DNA of 64,000 bases. Source: Reclinomonas americana ATCC 50394 (taxonomy: Eukaryota). This document shows, in pieces, positions 38,522-47,713 of the stretch; within the stretch, counting starts at the first letter, position 1; each line of letters opens with the position of its first letter. The stretch lies in NCBI GenBank assembly GCA_048213135.1, contig PS015010.1, positions 1,240,001 to 1,304,000 on the forward strand. The letters run 5' to 3'. A program made the translations under genes and the position numbers. A model generated the notes under the pieces. That model did not search any database. It was not told where the DNA came from and saw only the letters and a list, made by a program, of their open reading frames with translations.

Positions 38522-39871
38522 TTAGTAGTTCTTAACCGCCATTTCTACCCTCCTGTTTTTGGCACGGCCGGCAGCAGTTTTGTTGTCTGCTACTGGTTTG
38601 TCCTGGCCATAACCGGCTGAGCTCAGGCGAGCATCGCTGATACCTTTGCTGGTCAGGTAAGCTTTAACAGAAGCAGCACGGGCTTCAGACAGGGTTTGGT
38701 TCTTGTCTGGTTTACCGGTGTTGTCAGTATGACCGCTGATATCCACTTTGTAAGTTGGATTTTCGTTCAGGATCGCTACTACGCTGTTCAGGGAAGCGAA
38801 TGATTTTGGCAGCAGTTTAGAGCTACCGGTTGCAAAGAATACATTCTGTGCAGCCCTGTTCACTTTTTTGATGATCTCTTCGCTGATCACAGGACAACCG
38901 TAGTTAGAAGCAGGTCCTTTTTCGTTGATACATTTATCTTCTTCGTCGTTAACTCCGTCACCATCCGTATCTGGGATTGGGCAACCCTGATAACGGGCTA
39001 CACCTGGTACAGTAGGACATTTATCCTGTTCGTCGTTGATACCATCTTTATCCGTATCAGGGATAGGACAACCCTGGTAGCGGGCCAGACCAGCTACATC
39101 AGGACATTTGTCGTCGCCGTCAGCGATACCGTCACCATCACGGTCAGGGCAACCTTGGAGAGCAGCCAGACCCGGAGTGTCAGGGCATTTGTCATCTACG
39201 TCAAGAACGCCGTCACCGTCACGATCTTTTGGAGGTTCTGGTGCTGGTGGTGGCGGTGGAGGTGGTGGGGTTACCACTTTCTCTTTGCCGATGTTCTGAG
39301 CCAGACCTATAGAATAGAACAGGTTGTCGCCCAGATTTTTCTTAACCAGGGTGAATTTGTATTGAGCCTGAACGAACAGGTAAGTAATGTTGTTGAAGTT
39401 AACCTGCAGACCACCGCCGGCTGGTACATAAGCAGCCACTTTGTCGTTATACAGGCCGGCACCGATACCTGCAGTCAGGAAAGGTGCAAACAGGGCGTCA
39501 TCACGGAAAGGACGCAGATTCAGGGTTGGTTCCAGTTCAATGCCGATTTCGGTTTTACCGATGGTACCGTGATAGATAGCACTATAATCGTAGAACATAG
39601 CATTAGCCTTAACAGAGAAGTCGAGTTTTTGGCTCAAACCTTTCCACCAGGAAACAGAGAGGCCTTTGGCCATATCCCTTACTTTGCTGTAAACTTTTCC
39701 TGTGATCGGGTCTTTGATACCCAGCGGAGCTTTAAAATCGGCCATATTGTAGTGGATGCCGAAAAGCGATCCCTTCACGCCGTCTGTCGTCTTATTCTTC
39801 TTCGCCTTTTGTGCGAATGCTCCTGACGCCAGAAGGATTGCTGCCAGAACTAATGATAGTTTTTGTTTCAT
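38522..39871 (-). CDS. OmpA family protein with thrombospondin type-3-like Ca-binding repeats
   Basis: N-terminal beta-barrel, poly-Pro linker, DxDGDG..D..DKCP repeats, GHTDN, NRRVE; ATG at 39871. Confidence 0.95.
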   Translation of the reverse strand: MKQKLSLVLAAILLASGAFAQKAKKNKTTDGVKGSLFGIHYNMADFKAPLGIKDPITGKVYSKVRDMAKGLSVSWWKGLSQKLDFSVKANAMFYDYSAIYHGTIGKTEIGIELEPTLNLRPFRDDALFAPFLTAGIGAGLYNDKVAAYVPAGGGLQVNFNNITYLFVQAQYKFTLVKKNLGDNLFYSIGLAQNIGKEKVVTPPPPPPPPAPEPPKDRDGDGVLDVDDKCPDTPGLAALQGCPDRDGDGIADGDDKCPDVAGLARYQGCPIPDTDKDGINDEQDKCPTVPGVARYQGCPIPDTDGDGVNDEEDKCINEKGPASNYGCPVISEEIIKKVNRAAQNVFFATGSSKLLPKSFASLNSVVAILNENPTYKVDISGHTDNTGKPDKNQTLSEARAASVKAYLTSKGISDARLSSAGYGQDKPVADNKTAAGRAKNRRVEMAVKNY

Positions 39872-39982
39872 AAACTTTAATTTGATTAAAATTTTATCAG
39901 TGATATTATGCAAATATAATGTTAAATTAATGGAAGAACAAAATTTGCAAATATTTTTATTCCACGCTAAAGTAAAACAAAA

Positions 39983-41398
39983 TCAGACATTTACAAGTTT
40001 CCAACGCCCTTTTTTGAATATTATGATGCAAACTATTGCCAGAATAGATTCTGCTATGCCGATAGCGATGTATACCCCTTTTGAACCCAGCCCGGCTGTT
40101 TTGGCCAGGAGGTAGGCCAGCGGTATCTGGATGGCCCAGAAAGCGACCAGGTTAATGTAGGTCGGCGTGCGGGTGTCCCCTGCCCCGTTAAAGGCCTGGC
40201 TGATGATCATCCCGTAAGCGAAAAACATGTACCCGATGGAGAGGATATGCAGGCAGCGGGTGCCTTCCGCGACAGCTACTTTATCCTGGATAAAAAACAG
40301 CATCAGGTTCTCTCCGAAAAAGAAAAATACAAGGCTTACCAGGGCAAAAAAACAGAGCGTGATAAACGCGGTCCGCCATACCGATAATTCAGCCCTGTCC
40401 GGCTGACGGGCCCCAAGGTTCTGCCCTACCAGTGTCGCCGCGGCATTGGCCAGTCCCCACGCGGGTAAGATCGTGAATATGCAGATCCTTATAGCGGTGA
40501 TGTAACCGGAAGTAACTTCAGGACCTGAAGACGCTATGATACGGGCCAGGAATATCCAGCTGCAACTGCCAATAATAAACTGGAACATACCGCCGGAAGA
40601 TGTGGTCAATATGGCACGGATGATGTCCAGTTCGGGTTTCAGTCGGCCCCTTAATTTTACCAGTGCGGCTTTCCCGTTATACAGGTGATAGAACTGGTAT
40701 AATACACCACAGGTACGGCCGATGGTAGTGGACACCGCCGCTCCCATAACACCCATGTGCGGAAAAGGCCCGATACCCCTGATCAGTAAAGGATCAAGTA
40801 CGATATTGATGCCATTGGCCAGCAGTAAAGATTTCATGGCGATGGACGCGTTACCAACCCCCCTGAAAATAGCGTTGTTGATGAAGAGCAGCATGATCAC
40901 CACATTACCCGTCAGCATGATCTGTGTAAACCGGTAATTCTCATCGGCAATCTTTGGTGTGGCTCCCATAAACAACAGTATCTCCCTTGAAAAAAAGAAA
41001 CCGGTAACACTGATGACCAGCGAAAAAAGAATACCTACGATCAGGGCCTGTTTGCCTACTTCCGCCGCTGCCTCAAAATTCTTTTCGCCGGCTCTTCGTG
41101 CAACCAGTGCCGTTACCCCTATGGAAAGTCCCCAGGCCACAGAATAAAGAATAGTAAGAGAAGCTTCTGTCAGCCCCACCGTAGTGGTGGCATCCACGCC
41201 CTCCTTGTTGACAAAATAAATATCCACGATCGCGAAAAGCGCTTCCAGCACCATTTCTATGACCATGGGTACAGCCAGCAGGAAGATGGCTTTGTTGATG
41301 CTTCCGCTGGTGTAATCGTGCTCACCGCCCAGAACGGCTTTTTTGAGCAATTGAAAAATTGAAACAGGTTTATGCTGTTGCTGTTGTATCTCAGACAT
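39983..41398 (-). CDS. MATE family efflux transporter
   Basis: LAVPM, FRGVGN, NIVLDPLLI.G, VGQNLGA, GAGDTRTP. Confidence 0.93.
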   Translation of the reverse strand: MSEIQQQQHKPVSIFQLLKKAVLGGEHDYTSGSINKAIFLLAVPMVIEMVLEALFAIVDIYFVNKEGVDATTTVGLTEASLTILYSVAWGLSIGVTALVARRAGEKNFEAAAEVGKQALIVGILFSLVISVTGFFFSREILLFMGATPKIADENYRFTQIMLTGNVVIMLLFINNAIFRGVGNASIAMKSLLLANGINIVLDPLLIRGIGPFPHMGVMGAAVSTTIGRTCGVLYQFYHLYNGKAALVKLRGRLKPELDIIRAILTTSSGGMFQFIIGSCSWIFLARIIASSGPEVTSGYITAIRICIFTILPAWGLANAAATLVGQNLGARQPDRAELSVWRTAFITLCFFALVSLVFFFFGENLMLFFIQDKVAVAEGTRCLHILSIGYMFFAYGMIISQAFNGAGDTRTPTYINLVAFWAIQIPLAYLLAKTAGLGSKGVYIAIGIAESILAIVCIIIFKKGRWKLVNV

Positions 41399-41527
41399 GA
41401 TTGAAATAAAATTGACTAAAAATAATAAATGAACAGGACGATTGCCCGGTACGGGAACGGCTTAAGGATGATCGGGCATAAGAAAAGAACAGCGGTTGAC
41501 GGCTGTTATTGATTTCCTTAAGCGCAG

Positions 41528-41539
41528 TTAGAACTTCAT
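41528..41539 (-). promoter_or_regulatory. Candidate 3-codon leader uORF (MKF*) in the MATE 5' leader
   Basis: ATG AAG TTC TAA, 20 nt downstream of a TACATTTG box (41560-41567). Confidence 0.4.
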
Positions 41540-41655
41540 ATTCGTATAATTGAGGAAAACAAATGTAGGCGTTAATTCCGGATTGCAGATTAAAAAATCA
41601 GGAGATGAGGATTATTTTCCATGCCGCTTGCCGGGGATTTGCAGGTACCAGGCAA

Positions 41656-41687
41656 AATAAAAAGTCCCCGCTACGGAGACTTTTATT
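41656..41687. terminator. Terminator of the orphan lipoprotein gene
   Basis: aataaaaagtccccg-cta-cggagacttttatt. Confidence 0.65.
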
Positions 41688-41711
41688 GATGATGCTTTGG
41701 AGTATGCTGAA

Positions 41712-43148
41712 CTATTCACAACTGGGCAGATCTAGCTGAAGCTGAACATATTCAGACCCATATCTCAGAATATGCAGAGAATGCATTACTGAAAAATAAA
41801 TCAATCCCCCGTTCGTTCTTGAAGTACGCACTGATATGCTTTTCGATCTTGACCGATCGCAATAATCACTCATCGGCACCGGGCTGCCATTGCAATTATC
41901 ATAAGAATCCAGCCACACTTTACTGATCAGCTGATCAACTTTATGATGATCGGCATGACCACTATTCATGTGATATCCTTTCGTATCGGCCCAGAAAACC
42001 CAATGCCCCCAGAAATTCTGATGAAGACCACATTGACCTGAAACTGCCTGGTGCCCATTGCCGGTATACTTCCAGAATGTACCGGATTTTCTGTAAGACA
42101 AATGTGCACATACTTCTGAAGAAAGTGTAAAAGCATGGCTCGCGGATGCCGCCCAGGTACTGTGATAAGGCCGTTTCACTTTTACGGTAATGGTATAGTT
42201 ACCATAATTAGCATACACATGCTTGTCGGGTATAGATGGCCAGATCAGGACCTGTGTTCCTCCAATAGGCCAGATCTGTACAGGCAATCCATTATAGATT
42301 TGCGATGAGCCGTCTCCCCAATCTACAAACACATCCAATGAATGGTTGTTAATACCTCCGTTGTAAATGGAAAAATTATCGATACCCTGGGCACTCAGGC
42401 CAACTCTTGGAATTTTCACCGTTTTGGGGTCACTGCAGCCTGAACTGTATCTTTCTGAATAAAAATCTGCAAACCAACTGGTATCTGACAGCGGATTACC
42501 ATGCGTTATTTCTTTCAGCAAAGGGGTGACCCTGCGGGAATAGACGGTTACATCTGAATTAAATAAAAACCTGGACTCAATCTCGTCGTGCGATGCTGAA
42601 GCAGGAATATGGTTGATCTCGTTTAATAGTGTTTCATCTTCCCCATTTCGTATAAATATGGCCAGGTCTTCATCAAAAATATGATTGACTGATTCCCCTA
42701 CCTGAACATTTTTGTCTGCATTGTATACCGATTGGTTGATCAGGTCCGGAATAGTGGTATTGGCTGTGATAAATCCATCACTGTTGGTTCTCAACTCCAC
42801 ATCTTTTGTTTTTTCCAGGAAGGCCCTGAACGAGTTATACCCTAATGAGTTTTCGATATTGGCCAGCACCTCTTCTACCGTAATCGAGTCTGTGGAAAGG
42901 CTGTCATTGATCAGGAAATCGGTCAGCTGATCCTGGTAACGATCAAAATGCTCCATGTCCCTGAACTTAAGCATACCATTAGCTACAACGGGCCAGTCTA
43001 TCTCCTCTTCCGGCCTTCCTTCGCGTGATACCAATTTGTCGGTATCCGTATGCGACAGAAGGGAATTACGCTCTTCGATTTTTTTACAGCCTGCCAGGGC
43101 TACAGCGCTCAATACAACTACCAAAAGGAAATTCTTGATTCTTTTCAT
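41712..43148 (-). CDS. Hypothetical lipoprotein with PKD-like module
   Basis: Lipobox LAGC; VDWGDG...HVYANYGNYTITV PKD-like signature; Cys-containing C-terminal domain. Confidence 0.75.
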   Translation of the reverse strand: MKRIKNFLLVVVLSAVALAGCKKIEERNSLLSHTDTDKLVSREGRPEEEIDWPVVANGMLKFRDMEHFDRYQDQLTDFLINDSLSTDSITVEEVLANIENSLGYNSFRAFLEKTKDVELRTNSDGFITANTTIPDLINQSVYNADKNVQVGESVNHIFDEDLAIFIRNGEDETLLNEINHIPASASHDEIESRFLFNSDVTVYSRRVTPLLKEITHGNPLSDTSWFADFYSERYSSGCSDPKTVKIPRVGLSAQGIDNFSIYNGGINNHSLDVFVDWGDGSSQIYNGLPVQIWPIGGTQVLIWPSIPDKHVYANYGNYTITVKVKRPYHSTWAASASHAFTLSSEVCAHLSYRKSGTFWKYTGNGHQAVSGQCGLHQNFWGHWVFWADTKGYHMNSGHADHHKVDQLISKVWLDSYDNCNGSPVPMSDYCDRSRSKSISVRTSRTNGGLIYFSVMHSLHILRYGSEYVQLQLDLPSCE

Positions 43149-43269
43149 AAGTTAACGTGATCTTTTTAATGATGATTAATGTAAGTATAGGTACAATCGT
43201 ATGGTCCGGAAATTGGTTACAAACAGACGGGCACCGTACTGCAACTTTCTGCAGATGGGAAGAAAGGGG

Positions 43270-43396
43270 AAATAAATGGGTACGGCCGGATCTATCATGA
43301 ACAGATTAAATGAGACCGCAAATATAATTAATGGAGCAATGTGTGGATGAAAGAAGATGTTCAGCAAAAATAACTACGTCTGAAGCCGGCTGGCCT
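43270..43396. repeat. Degenerate direct repeat, copy A (of 46728-46857)
   Basis: Collinear blocks aaataaat, gccgga, tcat, aaatataa, caatg, gttcagcaaaa, cgtc and ccggctg at a near-constant offset of 3458-3461. Confidence 0.75.
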
Positions 43397-43444
43397 CTCG
43401 TGTTATACGATAAACAGCTGTCCGGAAATAAAAAGTACAGTCTT

Positions 43445-46400
43445 CTATTCCAGTATCAGTTCATCCGTAAAAAGCCATGCTTTCTGCCCCGCGCCGGGAT
43501 GCCATGGCGGACATTGGCCAACATTCTTTGCCGTAATGCGGATATACTTGGGCCGTTCGTTACGGATAACAGCACTGAATTCGAAAACGCCCGTACTGTC
43601 ATGCCGCGCCGGGTCTATTTCTTTTTCGTAAACGTTTTTATAATTAATCCCGTCCTCAGATATTTCGTAGCGGATATACCGGGGAAGAAATATCCATTTT
43701 CCCTGCGATTGCAGGAAGCGTGACGTAATTTTCTGTACAGGGTAATCCTTAAGGGTTATGGTAGCGACAAGGTCGTCGCCGTTGAATCCCATCCAGCCCC
43801 GGTAGATATTTTTTGCAACACCGAGCGTGCCATCTGCCAGATCACCGATGTACTGCCTGCTGCAGGGATACTGATAATCCACCGCTGCAACCAATGCACG
43901 TTCATACTGCTGCAAAACAGTATAACCCGACAGTTCGTCTTTTTTAAACGATCTCGCTTTTATTGGTGTGGTTCGTGTAAGGCTGATAGGCTGGGTATAA
44001 ACAGGTGACGTTTGTACCGGCAATGAACCATCCAGCGTGTAACGGATCTCCGCGTCGCGGTCAGAACAGGTCATGGTCACAATACCAGGCTCCAGCGGAC
44101 CTGTACGGGTGACGCTGATAACAGGATCATCCACCGTCTTTACAACAGGAGAATTCTTTACAAGCGGCTCTATAATCCTTCGCAAAACAGCTTCATCAGC
44201 AACGGGGTAATTTTTCAATTCCTGCAACGCAGGCAATAGTTTTTTATCCATTTGTTCAAGCAACTGCTCCGCCTGAACGGGATGGTATTTTATCAGCGAA
44301 GGCGTAACAGCCACCTGCATTAAAGCCGCCGGGATATTCGCAATACCATCTACTTTCGCGGTTTCATATTTCATGAGTTCGACACTATGCGGAAGCTGTT
44401 GAAACAGCCCGGCTTTTTCATTCAGCAACTCCCAATTTGTTTTATCCTTTTTTTGAGGCGACAGGCGGATATCCAACTGCGCTGAACAAAGCCGGGGCGG
44501 AATGTGAACCACCGTAACCAGCCGGTCGCTTTCATAACTCCAGGTACCCCTGCCGCCGTCCTCACTGAAACTGTATTTTTCCCCGTTTACCGTTACCGCA
44601 TCCGGGGGGAATGTTGATAAGAACCTGACCTCATAACTGCGCCGCGGACGCATACCCCTGAAGACTCCTTTCCGCGGCTGTACAGTCAGTGTAACGAGGC
44701 CTTGCGGAGAAGTGCTTTTTTGAATTTTTGTAGTGGAAAAACCGTCCTGCTTATAAGCAGAAGAAACACCATCATCTTCATACAATAAGGCTTCACCGGC
44801 AGCACCGGGAATTACGGTGAGTACCAGTGTATCAATAACGCCCTGCAAGTTGTTAACCTGTTCGCTGTACATGGGCAGGAGACTGCCTGCCTTTACAAAA
44901 ACCGGTATTTCATCAAGCGCATATTTTCTTTGCAGTACCTGCCCGCCTTTCAGCATCGTGCCGGTAAACAGGTCATACCAATCGCCTTCGGGCAACCATA
45001 CTTTTTGGGAAGAAAGCCTGGTAACGGTATCCGCTTTAGCAGTAACAGGCGCTACGATCATATCGTCGCCAAACATATACTGACCGGGATGCTGATAAGC
45101 TTCAGCACTTTCCGGGTAATCGTAGTACATAGGCCTGCAAAGTGAAACACCCGTATCAAAAGCTTTACGCGATGCCGTATAGATATAAGGCACCAGCTGA
45201 TAACGGAGGTGCAGGGCATCCAGCATTGCGTTGTAATGCCCGGGAAATTTCCATATCCTTCTTTCATTCAAAGGACTTTTGCCGCAATGTGTCCGCAGAA
45301 CGGGAGTAAAAACACCGTATTGCAACCAGCGCAGGTAAAGTTCCGGATCATTATCAACATTAATATGTCCTCCGATATCATGGCTCCAGTAACCATAACA
45401 AACATTTCCTGCCGTAGCCGTAAAATAAGGCTGGTAGGCCAGCGAATTCCATGTGCTGTGCGTATCGCCGGAAAACCCTGCCTGGTAGCGATGGTTACCC
45501 AGACCGCCCCAGCGATGGAAAAGAAAAGGCCGGTCGTTATGCTGCCGTTCCTTATCCGAGAAGAAGGTATAGTTCAGCCACCAGGTGTTGCTCAATGCCG
45601 GTATCGTTTTATTCATCAGCCACTGCTGCCAGTCGAGCCACCAGAAATCGATCCCCTGCTTTTCGAGCGGGTGGATCACATCTTTGAAATAGATCTCTGC
45701 CCATTTTTTTTCTTCGATCCTGAAAGGGATATTTCTTTTTTGCGAAGTATCAAAAGCATAATCCTTTGCAAATTGCGGGTACTGTGATTCCATAGGCGCT
45801 ATGCCTGAAGCGGGATGCAGGTTGAGTGCTGTTTTCAAATGCCGTTCTTTGGTCCATTGTAAAAAAGCGGAAGGTTCGGGAAAAAGATCTTTATTCCAGG
45901 TATAGCCTGTCCAACCAACGAGTTCACCGGCTTCGTCCCTGTTCATCCGCTGATCCAAACCCCATGTTTCATGCCAATCCATATCAATGATCAGTACATC
46001 AACAGGAACATGATACGTTTTGAAATCATTTACCAGGTTACGTAATTCCGCGTCGGAGTAGGTCCAGTACCTCGACCACCAGTAGCCAAAGGCGAATTTG
46101 GGGAGCATGGGTATTTGGCCAGCGGTGCGGCTGAAATCGTACAATGCTTTTTTGTAATCATGACCGTAGCCAAAAAAATAAAGGTCCTGCCCTTTTCCCT
46201 GTTTTTGCGTAACCCAGTTCCAATCCGGGTTTCCGTCGAAAAGAAGGCTGTTGGAATCATCAATCAATGCCCATCCTGACCTGGAGAGGATGCCATCCTC
46301 CAATGTTATCTTATTCCCCTCATCACCATTGGTATCATCAAGCGTCCGGGTTGTTCCTTTCAGGTTTTGCGGGTCTTTCATGCCGGGTTTCCACACAACC

Positions 46401-46756
46401 GGCAGGCCGTTCATATGAAAACTGATGCTGAGATTGTCAGGAGTAAAACGGCCGGAATTTCTTTTATAATGAAGTTCCAGTTGATTGGTTGCGATGGTGA
46501 TCCACCCATTGTTTTCTGTTGCGGTGAACACGGGTACCGGCAGCTTCCTGTTAACAAATACAAGTGATGCTTTATCTTCAAACCGGCCATTGCTGTCCCA
46601 TTCCATGCGGATGAGTTGCGGCGTCAAAACAGTAAAGCGCACATCCCTGTACACCAGTACGGCCTGGGGGTTTGCCACAGGCTGATCATTCCTGCCCTGA
46701 GGCTTTGCGGTAAGTAAATGCAGGAGAAAATAAATCGTTATTGCCGGACCTTTCAT
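43445..46756 (-). CDS. Glycoside hydrolase family 31 (secreted) with DUF5110-, Fn3/chitobiase- and F5/8-like C-terminal modules
   Basis: WWSRYW, IDMDWH, WWLDWQQ (nucleophile), WSHDIGG, YEDDG, IRYTLDGS; ATG at 46756 gives a signal peptide. Confidence 0.9.
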   Translation of the reverse strand: MKGPAITIYFLLHLLTAKPQGRNDQPVANPQAVLVYRDVRFTVLTPQLIRMEWDSNGRFEDKASLVFVNRKLPVPVFTATENNGWITIATNQLELHYKRNSGRFTPDNLSISFHMNGLPVVWKPGMKDPQNLKGTTRTLDDTNGDEGNKITLEDGILSRSGWALIDDSNSLLFDGNPDWNWVTQKQGKGQDLYFFGYGHDYKKALYDFSRTAGQIPMLPKFAFGYWWSRYWTYSDAELRNLVNDFKTYHVPVDVLIIDMDWHETWGLDQRMNRDEAGELVGWTGYTWNKDLFPEPSAFLQWTKERHLKTALNLHPASGIAPMESQYPQFAKDYAFDTSQKRNIPFRIEEKKWAEIYFKDVIHPLEKQGIDFWWLDWQQWLMNKTIPALSNTWWLNYTFFSDKERQHNDRPFLFHRWGGLGNHRYQAGFSGDTHSTWNSLAYQPYFTATAGNVCYGYWSHDIGGHINVDNDPELYLRWLQYGVFTPVLRTHCGKSPLNERRIWKFPGHYNAMLDALHLRYQLVPYIYTASRKAFDTGVSLCRPMYYDYPESAEAYQHPGQYMFGDDMIVAPVTAKADTVTRLSSQKVWLPEGDWYDLFTGTMLKGGQVLQRKYALDEIPVFVKAGSLLPMYSEQVNNLQGVIDTLVLTVIPGAAGEALLYEDDGVSSAYKQDGFSTTKIQKSTSPQGLVTLTVQPRKGVFRGMRPRRSYEVRFLSTFPPDAVTVNGEKYSFSEDGGRGTWSYESDRLVTVVHIPPRLCSAQLDIRLSPQKKDKTNWELLNEKAGLFQQLPHSVELMKYETAKVDGIANIPAALMQVAVTPSLIKYHPVQAEQLLEQMDKKLLPALQELKNYPVADEAVLRRIIEPLVKNSPVVKTVDDPVISVTRTGPLEPGIVTMTCSDRDAEIRYTLDGSLPVQTSPVYTQPISLTRTTPIKARSFKKDELSGYTVLQQYERALVAAVDYQYPCSRQYIGDLADGTLGVAKNIYRGWMGFNGDDLVATITLKDYPVQKITSRFLQSQGKWIFLPRYIRYEISEDGINYKNVYEKEIDPARHDSTGVFEFSAVIRNERPKYIRITAKNVGQCPPWHPGAGQKAWLFTDELILE

Positions 46757-46857
46757 AGACATGTTAAAAAGAAAAAGTAAATATAACCAATAGAACAATG
46801 GGCGGGATGAAGAGGTTGTTCAGCAAAAGACACAGTTCGTCCGGAACCGGCTGACCT
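46728..46857. repeat. Degenerate direct repeat, copy B (GH31 upstream region and first codons)
   Basis: Same collinear blocks as copy A at 43270-43396. Confidence 0.75.
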
Positions 46858-46892
46858 GAAAATAAAAAAGCCTCCCCTTTTGGAAGACTTTG

Positions 46893-46918
46893 TGATCCGG
46901 ATTGGATTCGAACCAATG

Positions 46919-46949
<31 letters not shown>

Positions 46950-46966
46950 AGCTGAGCTACCGGACC
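46893..46966 (-). tRNA. tRNA-Arg (anticodon TCT), CCA not encoded
   Basis: GGTCCGG TAGCTCAGCTGGATAGAGCA TCAGC CT TCT AA GCTGA GGGTC ATTGG TTCGAAT CCAAT CCGGATC A folds as a cloverleaf. Confidence 0.97.
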
Positions 46967-46989
46967 GCGATCGGGCGCAAATATACGGG

Positions 46990-47649
46990 TTATTTCGTCA
47001 AAAAGGGCGTGATCACTTTCTGCCATATCCCGTAACCAGTGCTGTTCATATGCAGGGAATCCGATACAAAAATATCGGTCCGCACCTTCCCGTTTTCACC
47101 CAGCATGGCATCATATACATTAATAAAAGCTGCGTACCCGTTCTCCTTTGTCATTTGCTCGATCATTTTGTTGGCGATCCGCATCCTTTCGTCATTCTTC
47201 GCCCTGGCCGGGCTTGGTTTCATGGACACATAAGCAATGGGGATTGACGGATAGCGGCAACGGATCAGTGCAATCAATTTCATAACACGACCGGCTACTA
47301 GCGCCGGATCAACACCCCCGGCTGCTGTAAAATCGTTTTCCCCGCAATAGATCACCACCTGTTTGGGATCGTAGGGTAAAATAATGTCGGCAGCATAGCG
47401 GATCACATCCGGCAACGACGAGCCTCCGAAGCCCCGGTTAATAATGGTAAATTCCGGGAAATAATTCTGTACATCGGTCCACCGGGTGAAAGAAGAACTG
47501 CCAACAAAAAGAATGGCCTTGGCAGGCGGGAATTTCACACTGTCTTTCTGTTTGAATCTTTGGATATCATTATAAAAAGCCGGCTGCTGGGCCATTGCCG
47601 TTACGGAAAGAAAAAAAAGGGCGAATGCCGCGGTCAGTATTTTTTTCAT
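46990..47649 (-). CDS. Secreted SGNH/GDSL hydrolase
   Basis: FVGSSS, NRGFGGS, YCGEND, DSLH. Confidence 0.9.
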   Translation of the reverse strand: MKKILTAAFALFFLSVTAMAQQPAFYNDIQRFKQKDSVKFPPAKAILFVGSSSFTRWTDVQNYFPEFTIINRGFGGSSLPDVIRYAADIILPYDPKQVVIYCGENDFTAAGGVDPALVAGRVMKLIALIRCRYPSIPIAYVSMKPSPARAKNDERMRIANKMIEQMTKENGYAAFINVYDAMLGENGKVRTDIFVSDSLHMNSTGYGIWQKVITPFLTK

Positions 47650-47713
47650 GTGATGATGATATGTTTTGAGGTGATGTAAAAATAAAGATAAGCGCCTGTA
47701 AAATGCCCGGTGT

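Noticed and set aside
38900..39275. DNA-level repeats and GGT runs in ompA
   Set aside because: Explained by TSP3-like repeats and the poly-Pro linker, a known OmpA architecture in Bacteroidota.
43176..43367. 63-aa ORF
   Set aside because: Not called as a gene; it overlaps the degenerate copy of the GH31 5' region and is most likely a relic.
41712..46966. Integrative element at tRNA-Arg
   Set aside because: No integrase or transposase, and I found no duplicated tRNA 3' end (att site).
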